A stretch of 64,000 bases of DNA from Octopus sinensis. Its lineage: Eukaryota. Every line of letters starts with the position of its first letter. Position 1 is the stretch's first letter. Made by a program: the position numbers and the translations under genes. The notes under the pieces were generated by a model, which searched no databases, was not told the DNA's origin, and worked only from the letters and a program-made list of their open reading frames with translations. Location of the stretch: NCBI RefSeq assembly GCF_006345805.1, contig NC_043012.1:44330001-44394000 (forward strand), in the 5' to 3' direction. Of this stretch, positions 51,845 to 64,000 are shown piece by piece.

Positions 51845-52232
51845 TCTATATATATAAAGCTGAAGTTGTCTGTATGTGGCAGGTTTGGTAGCCTTCAACT
51901 AACACTATCTCCTTCGAGACCCTGCAGCGCAAGTTGACCAAAATTGAGAGTATGATAGAAGAAGGCTTGCTCTTCATTCTGTAGAAGATAAAATTCAAAT
52001 TGGACAATGTTAACACCAAAAATTATTTACATCAAAAAGGTGCTTTTTTTCTATGAAAATCCCTATTTTTTATGATTTTTGACTGCTGTGTCACCATTTC
52101 TCAGTGTATTTCAACTGGAAAATGTTCACTTGAAGAGAATAACATGTTGCATAATGCAAAATTTTTACTTTTCAAAAATTCCAATTCTAAAGGGTTGAAA
52201 CAAACCCAAGCAACACCGGGTGATACTGCTAG
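51845..52232 (+). mobile_element. Helitron-like non-autonomous element, complete
   Basis: A|TCTATATATATAAAGC 5' end, CACCGGGTG subterminal palindrome, CTAG|T 3' end. Confidence 0.72.
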
Positions 52233-52853
52233 TATATAAATAAAATGAAGAACTGAGAATTGAGTGGTCTGCTCAAAAACACAGCATTGTACCAAGACTC
52301 ATTGCCATCACCATTAAAAGACCCAATTCTGTGGATTATTGAATGGAAGCCTCACAACTGTTTGTAAACTAGGAATTGATAGTTTGGATTAGTTTATAGC
52401 TAAGTTAGCAGCTAACTTCCATTATTAAGTACCTGACAAGTGATTGCATATTTAGCGAATGGTTTAGTAATTAACCAGTGAAATTGGTTTATGCTAAAAG
52501 GTAAAAGTATAGTAATTATTTTTATAAGTGTAATTGTACTAAGTATTTTGAAGGGAATCTGAGTAGTTAACTCCATAACTTAGGTCCTCGTAAAAACAGT
52601 AGTAAACATTTCTGGTACTTTCAAGAAAGCAAGGAAACTCTCATAATCTTATCAACTCATAAATCCAAGTTAGAAGCCCTCCATATGAATCTATTCAGTA
52701 AAGTGCTATGAAACAGTGGTGGTAGATAGTGATAAGAGAAGTGGCAATATAATTAGTGCTAGAATAGTGGTAAGAGTAATTATAGAGTATTGGTATGAGC
52801 AGTAATGATAGGAGCATGTAACTCTGCTTTGTCCTACTATTTACGTAACTCAC

Positions 52854-52894
52854 CTTGGAAAAGCAAACAAAATCAACTTCATTTCATCACATTA
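52854..52894 (-). other. Candidate 41-nt exon (non-coding or uORF MKLILFAFP)
   Basis: TTGTTATTTAG acceptor and AAG|GTGAGT donor. Confidence 0.2.
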
Positions 52895-54402
52895 CTAAAT
52901 AACAAATAGTGATTGTTGTTGCTTAGTCTAGGGCTTGCCCTGATCCACTGGACCTATAGTGAAAGGGGTTCCAGCTATAACTATTTTGTCTTTCTTCTTT
53001 TTTTTTTTCAGGTATAATGTATTAAGGCTTCATTATTTTAGGGCAGTGTATTGGCTGAATAGTGAGAGCATTGGACCCAATACCTAGTGGTAGTTCATTA
53101 TAGTTCTTTACATTCTGAGTTCAAATCCCACTGAGATCAACTTTGCCTTTCATCCCTTCAGGGTCAATAAAATAAAGTACAATTTAGTACAGGGCTCAAT
53201 GTAATTGATCCCACCCACCCACCCACCATCATCTCAAAATTTGCTGGTCTTATATAAATTAAAAACGCCATATGATCTTCCCATTTAAGATAGCATAATG
53301 TGATATGGAGGAAACTTGTTTGTTATTTTTAGCAGACTGAGTGACCATGTAGAGGCTTCCTTTTGACTTGTTCTTATTGTTGCTAATGTTGTTTTCAACC
53401 AACTATCATTTAACAAGTTACTTTATAGGTAAGTAGGTTACACTGACTAGATTAAGAATGTTTCTGAAATATTATTATTTTAAGTAAATCATTCAATGTT
53501 TTCATGGTTGTCTGCATGAGTCAACATCTGTATAGAATTGTGTGTGTTATATTTGGGTCACTTGATTTAAAGAACAGAAGTATTCTCTCAAATCATCAGA
53601 ATAAAAATGAGGAAAAAAAACATTAACAAAATGTAGAAAATAAAGCTAGCTGTTAGATGTTTATACATGAGATTACATTATGTATAATTAGAAGAAGATA
53701 AGAAAGAAAGCCTTCTACATTGGCAAAACTACATGTAAATGGTACAGGTCAACAAAGAAGCTCATACCTGATTTCTTTATTTACAATGAAATAGCAGCCA
53801 AATCTTCTTCAAATAATGCAATAATTGACAGCCAGTGTTGGTATGTTTACATCCCTGTAACTTAGCAGAATATGTACCAAGCTTAAAAATAAGTCCTGGG
53901 ATCAATTTGCTTGACTAAAATTCTTTAAGGCAGTGCTCCAGCATGGCTGCAGACTAATGACTGAAACAAGTAAATGAGTAAAAGAGAGACCACAGAGGAT
54001 CTGATTCAAGATAGTTGTCCTGTAAAATACCTCGTCTTTGTTTGTTTTTCTGTTTTTCGTATTTAAGTATAATGTAACTTACTTCAAATTTTGATTCTGA
54101 TGTATTGTTTTAAGTTTCTCACAAATGCAGTATGTTGTTGATTCTATTAAATAATTTTAAGAATTAATCATTCAGTATTTTTAAGCTTCAATACATCTGG
54201 AGATGAGCATTATGAAGAGTATGTTTGACCATATTTTTCAACTGCGGCATCACAGTTACCTTGTTGCATATTGATGATAATTTCCTTGATCAATAATAAC
54301 AGTGATTTCGTATTTATTGTATCGATATTCAAACCCATAATAGGCTTTTGACATTATTAAGGTGAAATAAATACTTAAATATTATTAATGGATGTTAACT
54401 AG

Positions 54403-54472
54403 GCAAGTCTAGAAATGAAGATGACTTCACTGAAAAATAGCAATATTAAAGAACTGGAGGAAAAGTTTGATG
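54403..54472 (+). CDS. Candidate 70-nt coding exon (ASLEMKMTSLKNSNIKELEEKFD)
   Basis: The upstream in-frame TAG doubles as the acceptor; G|GTATGT donor; purine-rich, coiled-coil-like peptide. Confidence 0.3.
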
Positions 54473-56070
54473 GTATGTAAAAGAACATGTATAATTCACT
54501 TTATAAATCAGCTGAGACGTCCTAGTTTTGCAAGCTTGTGGGTGCTGGTACCACATAAAATTACCCATGCTAGTACCACATAAATGCACTCATGCTGGTG
54601 CCACATTGAAGCAACCATGCAGGTTCCACGTAAAAGTGCCAGTGCCACATAAAAAGCACCCAGTGGAGCACTCTGTGAAGTGGTTGGTGTTAGGAATGGC
54701 ATCCAGCCATACAAACCATGCCAAAACAGACAAAATGGAGCCCGGGAAGCCCTTCAGCTGCCCAGCTGCTGCCAAACCATCCAATCCATACCAGCATGGA
54801 GATGGGATGTTAAATGACGACAACAAACAATGACAATGAAAAAGAAGAAATCAGGTCTCTTTTCAAATCAATCTCTATTCATTCAGTTCACAGTTTACTA
54901 GTTAAAATCCTTTTACCCTTCAGCATACTAAGAATACTTGTAAAACACTGATATCAATCCAATCAATAATATCCTTCCAACTGTAAAATATGTCTTTTGT
55001 TTATATATACACATTAAACTTAGCTTCACACAAAAGTAGGCTAGTGTATTGACTTTATATCAATTAACATTTCAGTTATTTTAATTTGTATATTATGTCA
55101 TCTAAATACTCTTGCCATGTCACTGCTGACATAAATGTCATAGGTTTACCATATCTGGTCTAGGGACCAGAGTATGGAAATATTGGGGCTATAATATTGT
55201 TGATAGGATGCTCCTAGACTCTTGAGTGACTGCCAACCATAGTAAACCAACACCAACAACACTATTATCACAAATAGTAAGGGAGCTTCTTCAGGGTCAC
55301 TTGACATCTGAGAAATAGTGACCTAAATCTCCCTCAAATCAAATCTTATCATCTCCAATAAGAAAAGAACATATTGAATAACATAGACTAAAATACCACA
55401 AAAAAAAGACAGGACAGCCATGGCTGGGAAGCTTTTGATCATGAGACTTAAATTCAGAGTTGACCTGAAGTTAAATAGCACCACCATTGCCTACCATCAC
55501 AAGTACTAACAGGTCAACACTACCAGCAAGAACATCATTATTCCAACTCCACTGCCACCATCACTACTATTACTGCACCACCACCGACAACAATAACAAA
55601 TTTATCATCGCATCTAAAAGCGCCACCATTTTAATGCTGTTACTATCTATAATAATAACTACAATACTGATGCAGTGCTTCTTAAAAGCTGATGGAGATG
55701 TGAGATGCTTTTTTTTTAAAGCTAATGGAATTGGTTTCTTGTGTCTGCTTCCATTTATATCTCTTTCTACTGCCCAAGATTCTGTTGTAACTCTGTTTTC
55801 TATTTACTTATTATTATCATCATCATTATTATTATTATTATTATCATCATCATCATCATCATCATTATTATTATTATTTCTTCATCTTGTAATTCCTGGT
55901 TTTCTGATTTTATTGAACAAAAATCTTACTACAATAGGATTTTGTTAGGCCACATATTCAACACATCAATGTCCAACTACCTTGTCCATATATATATCAA
56001 TCAATATATAAGAGTAAGATCCAGGGATCCAAATGTAGGAAATTTGTAAGCTTCAAGCAGTCATGGATGG

Positions 56071-56121
<51 letters not shown>

Positions 56122-56144
56122 GATGGATGGATGGATGGACGGCT

Positions 56145-57050
56145 GGAACATGGCCTTAAAGGCTTTTAGTCGAAGAAATTGACTCCAGGACTTATTCTTT
56201 GTAAGCCTAATACTTATCCTATCACTCTTTTTTGCCAAACTGCTAAGTTACAGGGACGTAAACACACCAGCATCGATTGTCAAGTGATAGTGAGGGGACA
56301 AACACAGACACAAAGACACACGAACATAAATATATACATATATATGTATAATAATAGAAAAATTATACAAATATGTATAATTAGATTAAAAGTTGAGTAG
56401 AGCACTGGCCTGGTTTAGGCTGCCTCTCGTCATCCATAGATTTACTTCAGGAATTTCATAGTGTCAGTTAGGGTAACATTATTAATAAAAGTAGAAGATG
56501 GATTTCATATCAGACTTTTATTAGGTACAACATATTTTTTGACCTGTCATTCTAGGTTTCTTCAGGTACATCAATAAAAAAAATCTCAGCAGAGATTTTT
56601 TATGTCAGCTGGCTTGTCCATCAAATTCGAGAATGAATAAAACCAAAGAAAATTATTGGAACACAAAAAATTCAAATATGAATGTGGAAGATATACATTC
56701 CAGTTTAGACATAATCAGCTTTTGCTGTTATAACTGGTTAGAGAAACAAAAAAAGAAAGTAGTGAGATTTTTTTATCAATGTACCTGAAAAGATCCAGAA
56801 CGAGGGGTCGAAACATATGTTGTACCTAGTAAAAGTCGAATACGAAATCCATTTCCTACTTTTATTAATAATATGTATATATATATAATAATATAATATA
56901 TATAATAATATGTATATATATATAAAACAGGCTCTTTCAGAAGGTTTTTGTTAGCCCGAGGCTATAGTAGATGACACTTGCCCAAAGTGTCACAGAGTAA
57001 GACTGAACCTAGAACCATATGGTTGGGAAGCAAGCTTCTTACCACACAGC
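56145..57050 (-). mobile_element. SINE family A split by an insertion in its internal (TA)n tract
   Basis: 3' half at 56145-56350 and head half at 56925-57050. Confidence 0.7.
56478..56872. mobile_element. Fold-back element with about 110-bp inverted arms, each carrying a decayed minimal hammerhead motif
   Basis: 56478-56588 is the reverse complement of 56763-56872; motifs at 56525-56569 (-) and 56781-56825 (+). Confidence 0.75.
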
Positions 57051-57063
57051 TATCATCATCATT

Positions 57064-57097
<34 letters not shown>

Positions 57098-57783
57098 TAT
57101 ATATATTTATTCATGTATATAAGTTGATTTCTTTTGGTTTATAATTCTTTCTTGTTCTTATACTAGTATTAGCGAACATTGTAATGCCTTTGAGCTCAGG
57201 TCTGATCAGTCAGAGCTGGCCTAAGGCTGAAAAACCAACTGCAAAACCACACTGGCTTTAGTAAGTGCTGTATTCATTATCCTGCGGTTGTTTAGTATTT
57301 TAACCTTGCAGTTGTTGTTGGTTAATAATTTTGTTTAAAAAGTTTCTTTATATTTTTATTTTCTCTCTTTAATAATGTTTTTTTTTTCGTTTTTGCTTCT
57401 GTCCATGTTTTATTATTACATTTCATTTTTTTACAATTTTATTTCATTTATCTTAGCATCAAATTTGTACTGAAATAACTTGTTTCAAATACAAACCATA
57501 TTTTCCCTACTTATTATGTGAAAATGAGTGGACACACATGTGTATGTAAGTGAGTGTGTTTCTATACAAACTAGATTCTTAATTTCCTGATTTCCCATTA
57601 TTTTTGACATAATAGCAATAGTACAATGACTAGCTTATTTTCATTTTCAACTTGCCTTTCGTCGGCTGTTTTTACTCTTTCATAAATGAGCATAATTGTA
57701 CATTATAACTGCTTGACTTCTAGTTTTATTTCATTAATAACAGAATATGACAATAGAAAATAATAGTTTGTTTTTTTTGCCAG

Positions 57784-57889
57784 ACATCATAGGAAAGTGT
57801 TGATGGTTATCATCATCACAAGACTTTTTAATCTATTGATTTTGGACTCAATCTATTTGATTTTGATTCGTAAAAAGTCAACTCTAAGC
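57784..57889 (+). other. Candidate exon (possible terminal coding DIIGKC* if spliced to 54472)
   Basis: TTTGTTTTTTTTGCCAG acceptor; AGC|GTGAGT donor. Confidence 0.22.
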
Positions 57890-58974
57890 GTGAGTTGCCA
57901 TTGTGTGGTTTCTAAAATCACATCTAGTTAAGGGGTTAACTTTGCCATTAATTTCAGGGACTGTTAGGCTCACCCCTAACCTCATCCCATAACAAGAGGG
58001 TTTCAACAGGTTTGGACAATTCAACCTCAACTCCATGAAACTATTATTCCTATCAAATATTTATTGTGAAATTGTAGTTGTGGCCTATGCTGGTGACATG
58101 TGAAAGGCACTTGTGCCGGTGATACACTGGGGGCAACTGTGCCAGTGACACGTAAAAGGCAACCGTACCAGTGACATGTAAAACACACCTTAGCTGGTGA
58201 TGCATAAAAGACACCCAGTACACTCTGTGGAGTGGTTGGCATTAAGAAGGGTATCCAGCCACAGAAATCAGGCCTCAACACACTGAAACCCAGTGTAGCT
58301 CTTCAGCTTCCCAACCCCACTCAAACCATCTTACCCATGTTAGCATGGAAAATGGATTCTAAATGATGATGATGATGCTCACTAGTTAAATGGTTAATGG
58401 TGGATCCACTTTTGATAAGTGAGAGCCACCCTGGTCAAAATCTTGTCCATACCCATAGGTTGAGTACAATATTGACTTTGGTAAAAAACAATGGTATTGA
58501 CCCTTGAGCCCTACATAACCACTGCAGGACATCACTTGTATATGTATCATTGCAAGTCGTCTTTGTGCCAAGTTCATACTGGCAAGTTTTTAAGCCAAAA
58601 TATTTGTGCAAGCATCTTGAAAGCTTGCAAACTTCTGTTTAACTTTTGTTGTTGCTGTTGTTGTTATTGTAATCGCTGTCTTAAGATTGACAACAGAGAG
58701 GCAATTTGATATACTTTCCCTTTTTGGTATTCTGTTCAAATTCTACTTGAATTATTTATATAATTATTATAAAAAGCAACAGCAGCAGTAGCAGTAGTGG
58801 TGGTGGTGGTGGTGGCAGCGGTGGTAATCAATAAATACTTTGCAGTGTATAATTCCTATGCTTTCTTAGGCATGTACTCAGGGATCAATTTAATAGACCT
58901 GGTCATTCCACAACCCCCCGGAAACTTGCAGTGCTAAACCAATGTGACAAATCACTATTATTTTGTTAGGATCA

Positions 58975-59190
58975 TAACACAGCAGGTTGGCAGAACCCTT
59001 AAATTTTGTGGTATTTATTCTAGTTTTTTACATTCTGAGTTCAAACTCCACAAAGGTCAACTTTGACTTTCATCTTTCTAGTGTCAATAAAATAAAGTAC
59101 TTGTTGAGTACTGGAGTCAATATAAATAACTAAACCCCCACCCACCCCTCCACCAACCAATTTCTGGTCTTGTGTGTCAGAAACAATTAT
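58975..59190 (+). mobile_element. SINE family B, diverged (others at 53050-53260 + and 61500-61700 -)
   Basis: CORE-like homology. Confidence 0.7.
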
Positions 59191-59461
59191 GAGGGTAAAG
59201 GAAATTGCTGAAAAGTTATTGGAGTTAAGAATTACAGACCTATTCTTTTATCTTTTACTAGTTTCAGTTATTAGATAGCAGCCATGCTGGAGCTCTGCTT
59301 TGAAGAATTTTTAGTGGAATGAATTAAGCCCAGTACTTGGAGTTTATTTTCATTTCATTTTTATTAAGCCTGGTAATTATTCCATCGGTCTCTTTTGCCA
59401 AACCACTTAGTTACACAAAGATACACACACATAGACTTACAGAAAGAGAAAGAGAGAGAGA

Positions 59462-59595
59462 GAGACAATGATGTAGATAACCGGATGAAACTCCTTGGGT
59501 TTGATATACAGAATATATATACATGTATACATTTATGTATATATTCTGTATATCAAACCCAAGGAGTTTCATCAGGTTATTTGCATCACTGTCTC
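59462..59595. other. Near-perfect 134-nt hairpin (about 60-bp stem)
   Basis: GAGACAATGATGTAGATAACCGGATGAAACTCCTTGGGTTTGATATACAGAATATATA pairs with its inverted copy; the ORF track shows MKLLGFDIQNIY on both strands. Confidence 0.92.
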
Positions 59596-59796
59596 CATAT
59601 CTGCTCACTTTGATTCCTCTTACAACCACTCTTTACTTCACTGACTTTGTCCTCGGTATAGATTTCAGAGTGTAAGTTCAAAGCTTTTGAGTGTTACTAA
59701 GTGTTTTCTATATAGAGATTCTCTCAGTCTCATCTGTTAATTATGTGTGTGTGTATACACACACACACATATATATATAATATATATATATATATA

Positions 59797-59848
<52 letters not shown>

Positions 59849-60497
59849 AACGGACAGACAGATAGATAAGATGGGTTTCTTTTAGTTGTCATCTATCAAA
59901 TCCTCTCACAAGGCTTTGGTCAGCCTGAGGCTATTGTAGAATACAAGGTACCATAGGATTGAAGTCAAGACTGTTTGCGAATTGCTTTTTGATATATATA
60001 TATATATATATGAGATGCAGCATGGAATTTTGTCAGTGAACAGGTCACGGTCTGAAAGCAACGAAAATATTTTGCCAAATTTAATTTAAATGTTAAAGTA
60101 AATCTAACGGTGTTTGTGTGTTTCTCAAATGGCTTATAAACACCACACTGCAATTGTTTTCGTTCCAGCACACGATCTCAGATCAGGTCACTTGCTATGC
60201 AAGTACATCTCCATAATATATATATACATATGTGTGTGTGTGTGTGTGTGTGTGTATAGATCAATATATATATATTTTCATACATGTGCATGTGTATTAG
60301 TTTAGACACACAAGCGCACACACACACGCACAAACACACACACACATGCATATATTCATATTCCCCTTGATATTTAGAATTATAGAAATGTTAATCTTTT
60401 TAATAGTGACTTTTTATTGTTGTTGAATTTGAGACAACCAGTGAAAGAGACGGCATGAAGAGGCTGATGATTTTGTGTGTGTGTGTGTGTTTTGTGC

Positions 60498-60536
<39 letters not shown>

Positions 60537-61299
60537 GTGTTGGTAAATTTGACTAAAAATGCATTGTTGAAATGTATCCTGTAGGTAACTAAAGACCCAG
60601 CTAAAGAACCTATAATTCCATTATTTGTCCTTTTGTCTAGGCTGGAAATGGTAATTTATCCCTAGCTTTCATTTAATTTTGTTCCTCTTGGTTAAGTTAT
60701 TTAAAATTGTTTGTCAACTGCTGTAGTGTCTCAAAGATGTTGTTGTGTAGCGAAGGAAGAGTGAAATAAACAAGAATATAGGTGGAATATATATGGTCAA
60801 GCTGAGAATGTTTGCCCTCACAGACTTAATAATATAGGACTGAAAAGATTAGAGAAAGGTGGGCTATATATCCATCTCCCACACACACTCTCCTTTATTT
60901 CCCAATGTCTCCCCAGCCCCCACCCTACATTTTGTTGTTTTTCTCCAAGACTAAACTGTTTTGCCAGTCTTTTACTTACTGGAATAGTGATGAGAGAACA
61001 GATGTACAAGAATTTACTCTGGTTGGTATTGATGACTGAATTTATTTAGAGTCCTACTTGTTTCCTTGTGGAAGTCATAATAACATGGAAACATGCCTGT
61101 TATTGTCTCCCTTATTTACTGAAAAAAAATGTTAGTCATTGAGTAATATTGTTTTTACTTAACTGCATGATTATTTGTAGTTAGTATTTTGATGTTCATA
61201 TATCAAAATATATACATTAAACTCCAATTTGACTATTGTCTTTTATGCAAATGATATTAGTAATCTATGTAAACAATTCTTGTTTTCTGCACCAATCAG

Positions 61300-61346
61300 T
61301 GCTTGAAAAAGCAGCAAAGAAAATTACAATGCAGATCCTTTGTTGG
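61300..61346 (+). CDS. Candidate 47-nt exon (LEKAAKKITMQILCW)
   Basis: TTCTTGTTTTCTGCACCAATCAG acceptor; TGG|GTAGGA donor (moderate). Confidence 0.2.
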
Positions 61347-61871
61347 GTAGGAAATATAATTATTCTGGGATCTTTGAATTGATCTTCATTGACATAAAAC
61401 ATGAGTAAAACAATACATAATAAACAGCTGTAACAAATGCTTTCCATCAGAAAATACTTTTTATGTTTTTAAATCTTAGATGATGGATGATTAATGTGCT
61501 TTTTTCCAATACAATGCGGCAAGTTGGCTGAATCGGTAATGAAATGCTTGGCAGCATTTCATCCGTCTTTACATTCTGAATTCTGAATTCAAATTCTGGA
61601 GTCAATAAAATAAGTACCAGATGAGTACTAGGAGTCAATGTAATCAACTTACCTATTTCCCCCAAATTGCTGGCCTTGTGCCAAAATTTGAAAGTCATAC
61701 ATGTTTTCCAATTCAGTCCCTCATTATTCAGAACTGGAAGTATCTAATATCAGCAATAGTCCTTGGCTTTCCCTTGCCCAGGTTTATTAATTAATTATTA
61801 CTTAAAATAGATACATTCACTTGAATTCACGTTACTTTTGATAAATTTTAAAAGATTTTGACATTCTTCAG

Positions 61872-61900
61872 TTGGTTTGCTCAGAATTGTTGTATCCAAG
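61872..61900 (+). CDS. Candidate 29-nt exon
   Basis: TTTTGACATTCTTCAG acceptor; AAG|GTATTC donor; all three frames open. Confidence 0.2.
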
Positions 61901-62679
61901 GTATTCTTATTTTAGAAATTACCACAAAAGGACATCACCTTTGACCTCCTGAAAAAGATGTGCTTCTACATAACATTTCAGACACCTATGTATAAAACTG
62001 TAGCCAATAACATAGGGCATACATACATTCACTTTTATATATGATATTTTGCTAAGACACTGCTATTTTCTTGGACCATTCAGACAGTAAAGAATTGGCT
62101 TCTGTTTTTGATAAAATAATTTCATATTATGTCCTACATTCATTATAGAATATTTAGTGGGCATTAGTCATTTAACAGATATATTTTTAGTGCTTATTCT
62201 TTTATAATAGTACTCTGTGGTTGGAAAGATAAGAGTTAAATAAACAGTTAAGTAGATAAATGCTGAGCTATATTGATAATGGATCAATTGATAAATATGC
62301 TAGCTAGACTGATAAGCAGAAATCCCAGAGACCAGACAGATAGACATCACAAGTGGTACCATGTAAACATGTGACAATAGCTGGATGTTTCCTATTATCA
62401 ATAAGTTCTTCAATCTCCATCAACATCAATAATCAAGGCATCGCAGAATTTTAGATTTTCTATTAAATCCCTTGTTATACTAAACAATGCAAAACTCTTG
62501 GTGATGTCCTTATGTTCTTATCACATGATTCTTGTGAGAATGTGTGTGAGAGAGAGAGAGAGATCTACACACACACACACATGTACATCTACACATATAC
62601 ATGCATACATATAGAAAGATATTCATATATGGATATATGTGCAAATACATCTCTCTCTCTCTCCGTATTTTTTTATTTG

Positions 62680-63325
62680 TAGCAGTCATTTGACAGCAGC
62701 CATGCTGGAGCACCACCTTAAAGGATTTTTTAGTCAAAGAAATTGACCCAGGACGTTTTGTAAGCCTGGTACTTATTCTATCATTCACATTTGCTGAACT
62801 GGTAAGTTGCAGGGGTGTAAACAAACCAACATCGGTTGTCAAGTAATGGTGCAAGGACAAACAAAGACACAAAGACACACGCAAACACACACACATATCT
62901 TAGCTTAAAAGCTGCACTCCGTGTGGACTTTTATACTGGCTCCTGTGGAGGGCCAAATGAGACTGCGGGCCAAAACTAAAGAGAACAATAATAATAAAGC
63001 ATTTATTGGTACTCTACCAATATGGTGTTACTTTAAATTCAGTGAAATGAAGAACTCGTAAGTTCACAAATTCTTGGAGTTCTTTTAAAATTTGAATAAA
63101 AGATGTATATACACACACATATATATTGTAGTTTTGTGTCCTGTTTGTCCCCCACCACCACTTGATAACTGGCGTTGCTGTGTTTACATTCACGTAACTT
63201 AGTGGTTCAGTTAAAGAGGCCAATAAAAAAGGTACCAGACACAAAAAAGAAAGAACTGGTGTCGATTTTATCGATTAAAATTCTTCAAGGGTGGCCGCAC
63301 GCTGATGACTGGAAAAGATAAAAGA
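62680..63325. mobile_element. Two SINE family A 3' halves in inverted orientation (62680-62890 -, 63125-63325 +); head fragment at 63590-63740 (-)
   Basis: Homology to family A. Confidence 0.75.
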
Positions 63326-64000
63326 ACCACTAAGTTTCTTAAAGCTAAGGGAGATAACTCTTGTACTATGGCATTGAAAACTCTGGTGGTCACTTTACCT
63401 GCTAGAAATAGCATCTCAAATGCTTTTAAATCAGATCTTAATGCTGGATGTTCAAGTACCAAATGAAGGGTAAATTTTCAATCTTGGGATCATCCTGATT
63501 CCAAGAAAGTATAATATGTCTATGTAGAGCAAATGTAGACTGAGATACAGGGGTCTCAGATGGAGAGACAGCTATTGTTAATATAGATATACGACAGGCT
63601 TCTTTCAGTTTCTGTTTACCAAATCCACTCACAAGGTTTGGTCGGCCTGAGCCTATAGCAGAAGACACTTGCCCAAGGCACCACGCAGTGGGACTGAACC
63701 CAGAACCATGTGGTTGGGAAGTAAGCTTCTTATCACGTGGACCATCTATGTATCACACATAATGTTTACACACTAACGAAGGCTAGTTATGGCAGTATTT
63801 GTTCTGAGATAACATCTCTTATAGATTTGCTGTGTTAAGAATGCAATAATTATCAGAAAGAGAAACAGACAAACAGACAGATGAAAATTTGTCCCAGTGA
63901 CAACCAGTGAGGACACTGGATGCATTTTTGGTCTGTTTGGGCCTGAAAATTAAATGACATGATTGTTGAGTCTTATCATGAAGAGATCTTCTGTTGTACC

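Noticed and set aside
52985-53016. Recursive-splice-like TTTTTTCAG|GTATAA
   Set aside because: Falls inside an interspersed repeat fragment; no independent support.
59540-59580. CTGATGA plus AACTC/GGGTT stem on the minus arm of the big hairpin
   Set aside because: Followed by TGATA rather than GAAA, with no stem III or cleavage triplet; not called a ribozyme.
63268-63462. Protein-like ORF LEHPALRSDLKAFEMLFLAGKVTT (briefly considered KDZ/CxC-like)
   Set aside because: The core is a fragment of the common GCTAGAAATAGCAGCCAAATC repeat family, and the ORF runs into a SINE tail.

Overview
AT-rich, repeat-saturated animal genomic DNA, most likely an octopus/coleoid cephalopod. That assignment comes from my recollection of these SINE families and is not a database result. 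There is one 100-N scaffold gap at 3508-3607. I could not name any protein-coding gene, and almost every entry in the ORF track is a microsatellite or SINE artefact. The window contains dozens of SINEs from at least five families. It also holds decayed DNA transposons (hAT, mariner, Merlin, piggyBac, Tigger-like, Helitron-like, MITEs) and LINE remnants (R4/Dong-like, RTE, Penelope-like). A sharp switch from CpG-retaining to CpG-depleted DNA near 23.2 kb suggests the right two thirds are a methylated, intron-rich gene body; only low-confidence candidate exons are visible there. The most notable signal is a set of short fold-back elements embedded in (TA)n tracts that carry minimal type I hammerhead-ribozyme motifs with palindromic stem III (19921-20031, and both arms of 56478-56872). 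A Penelope-like RT remnant and a near-perfect 134-nt hairpin lie in the same window, consistent with a non-autonomous, ribozyme-bearing (retrozyme-like) retroelement system.
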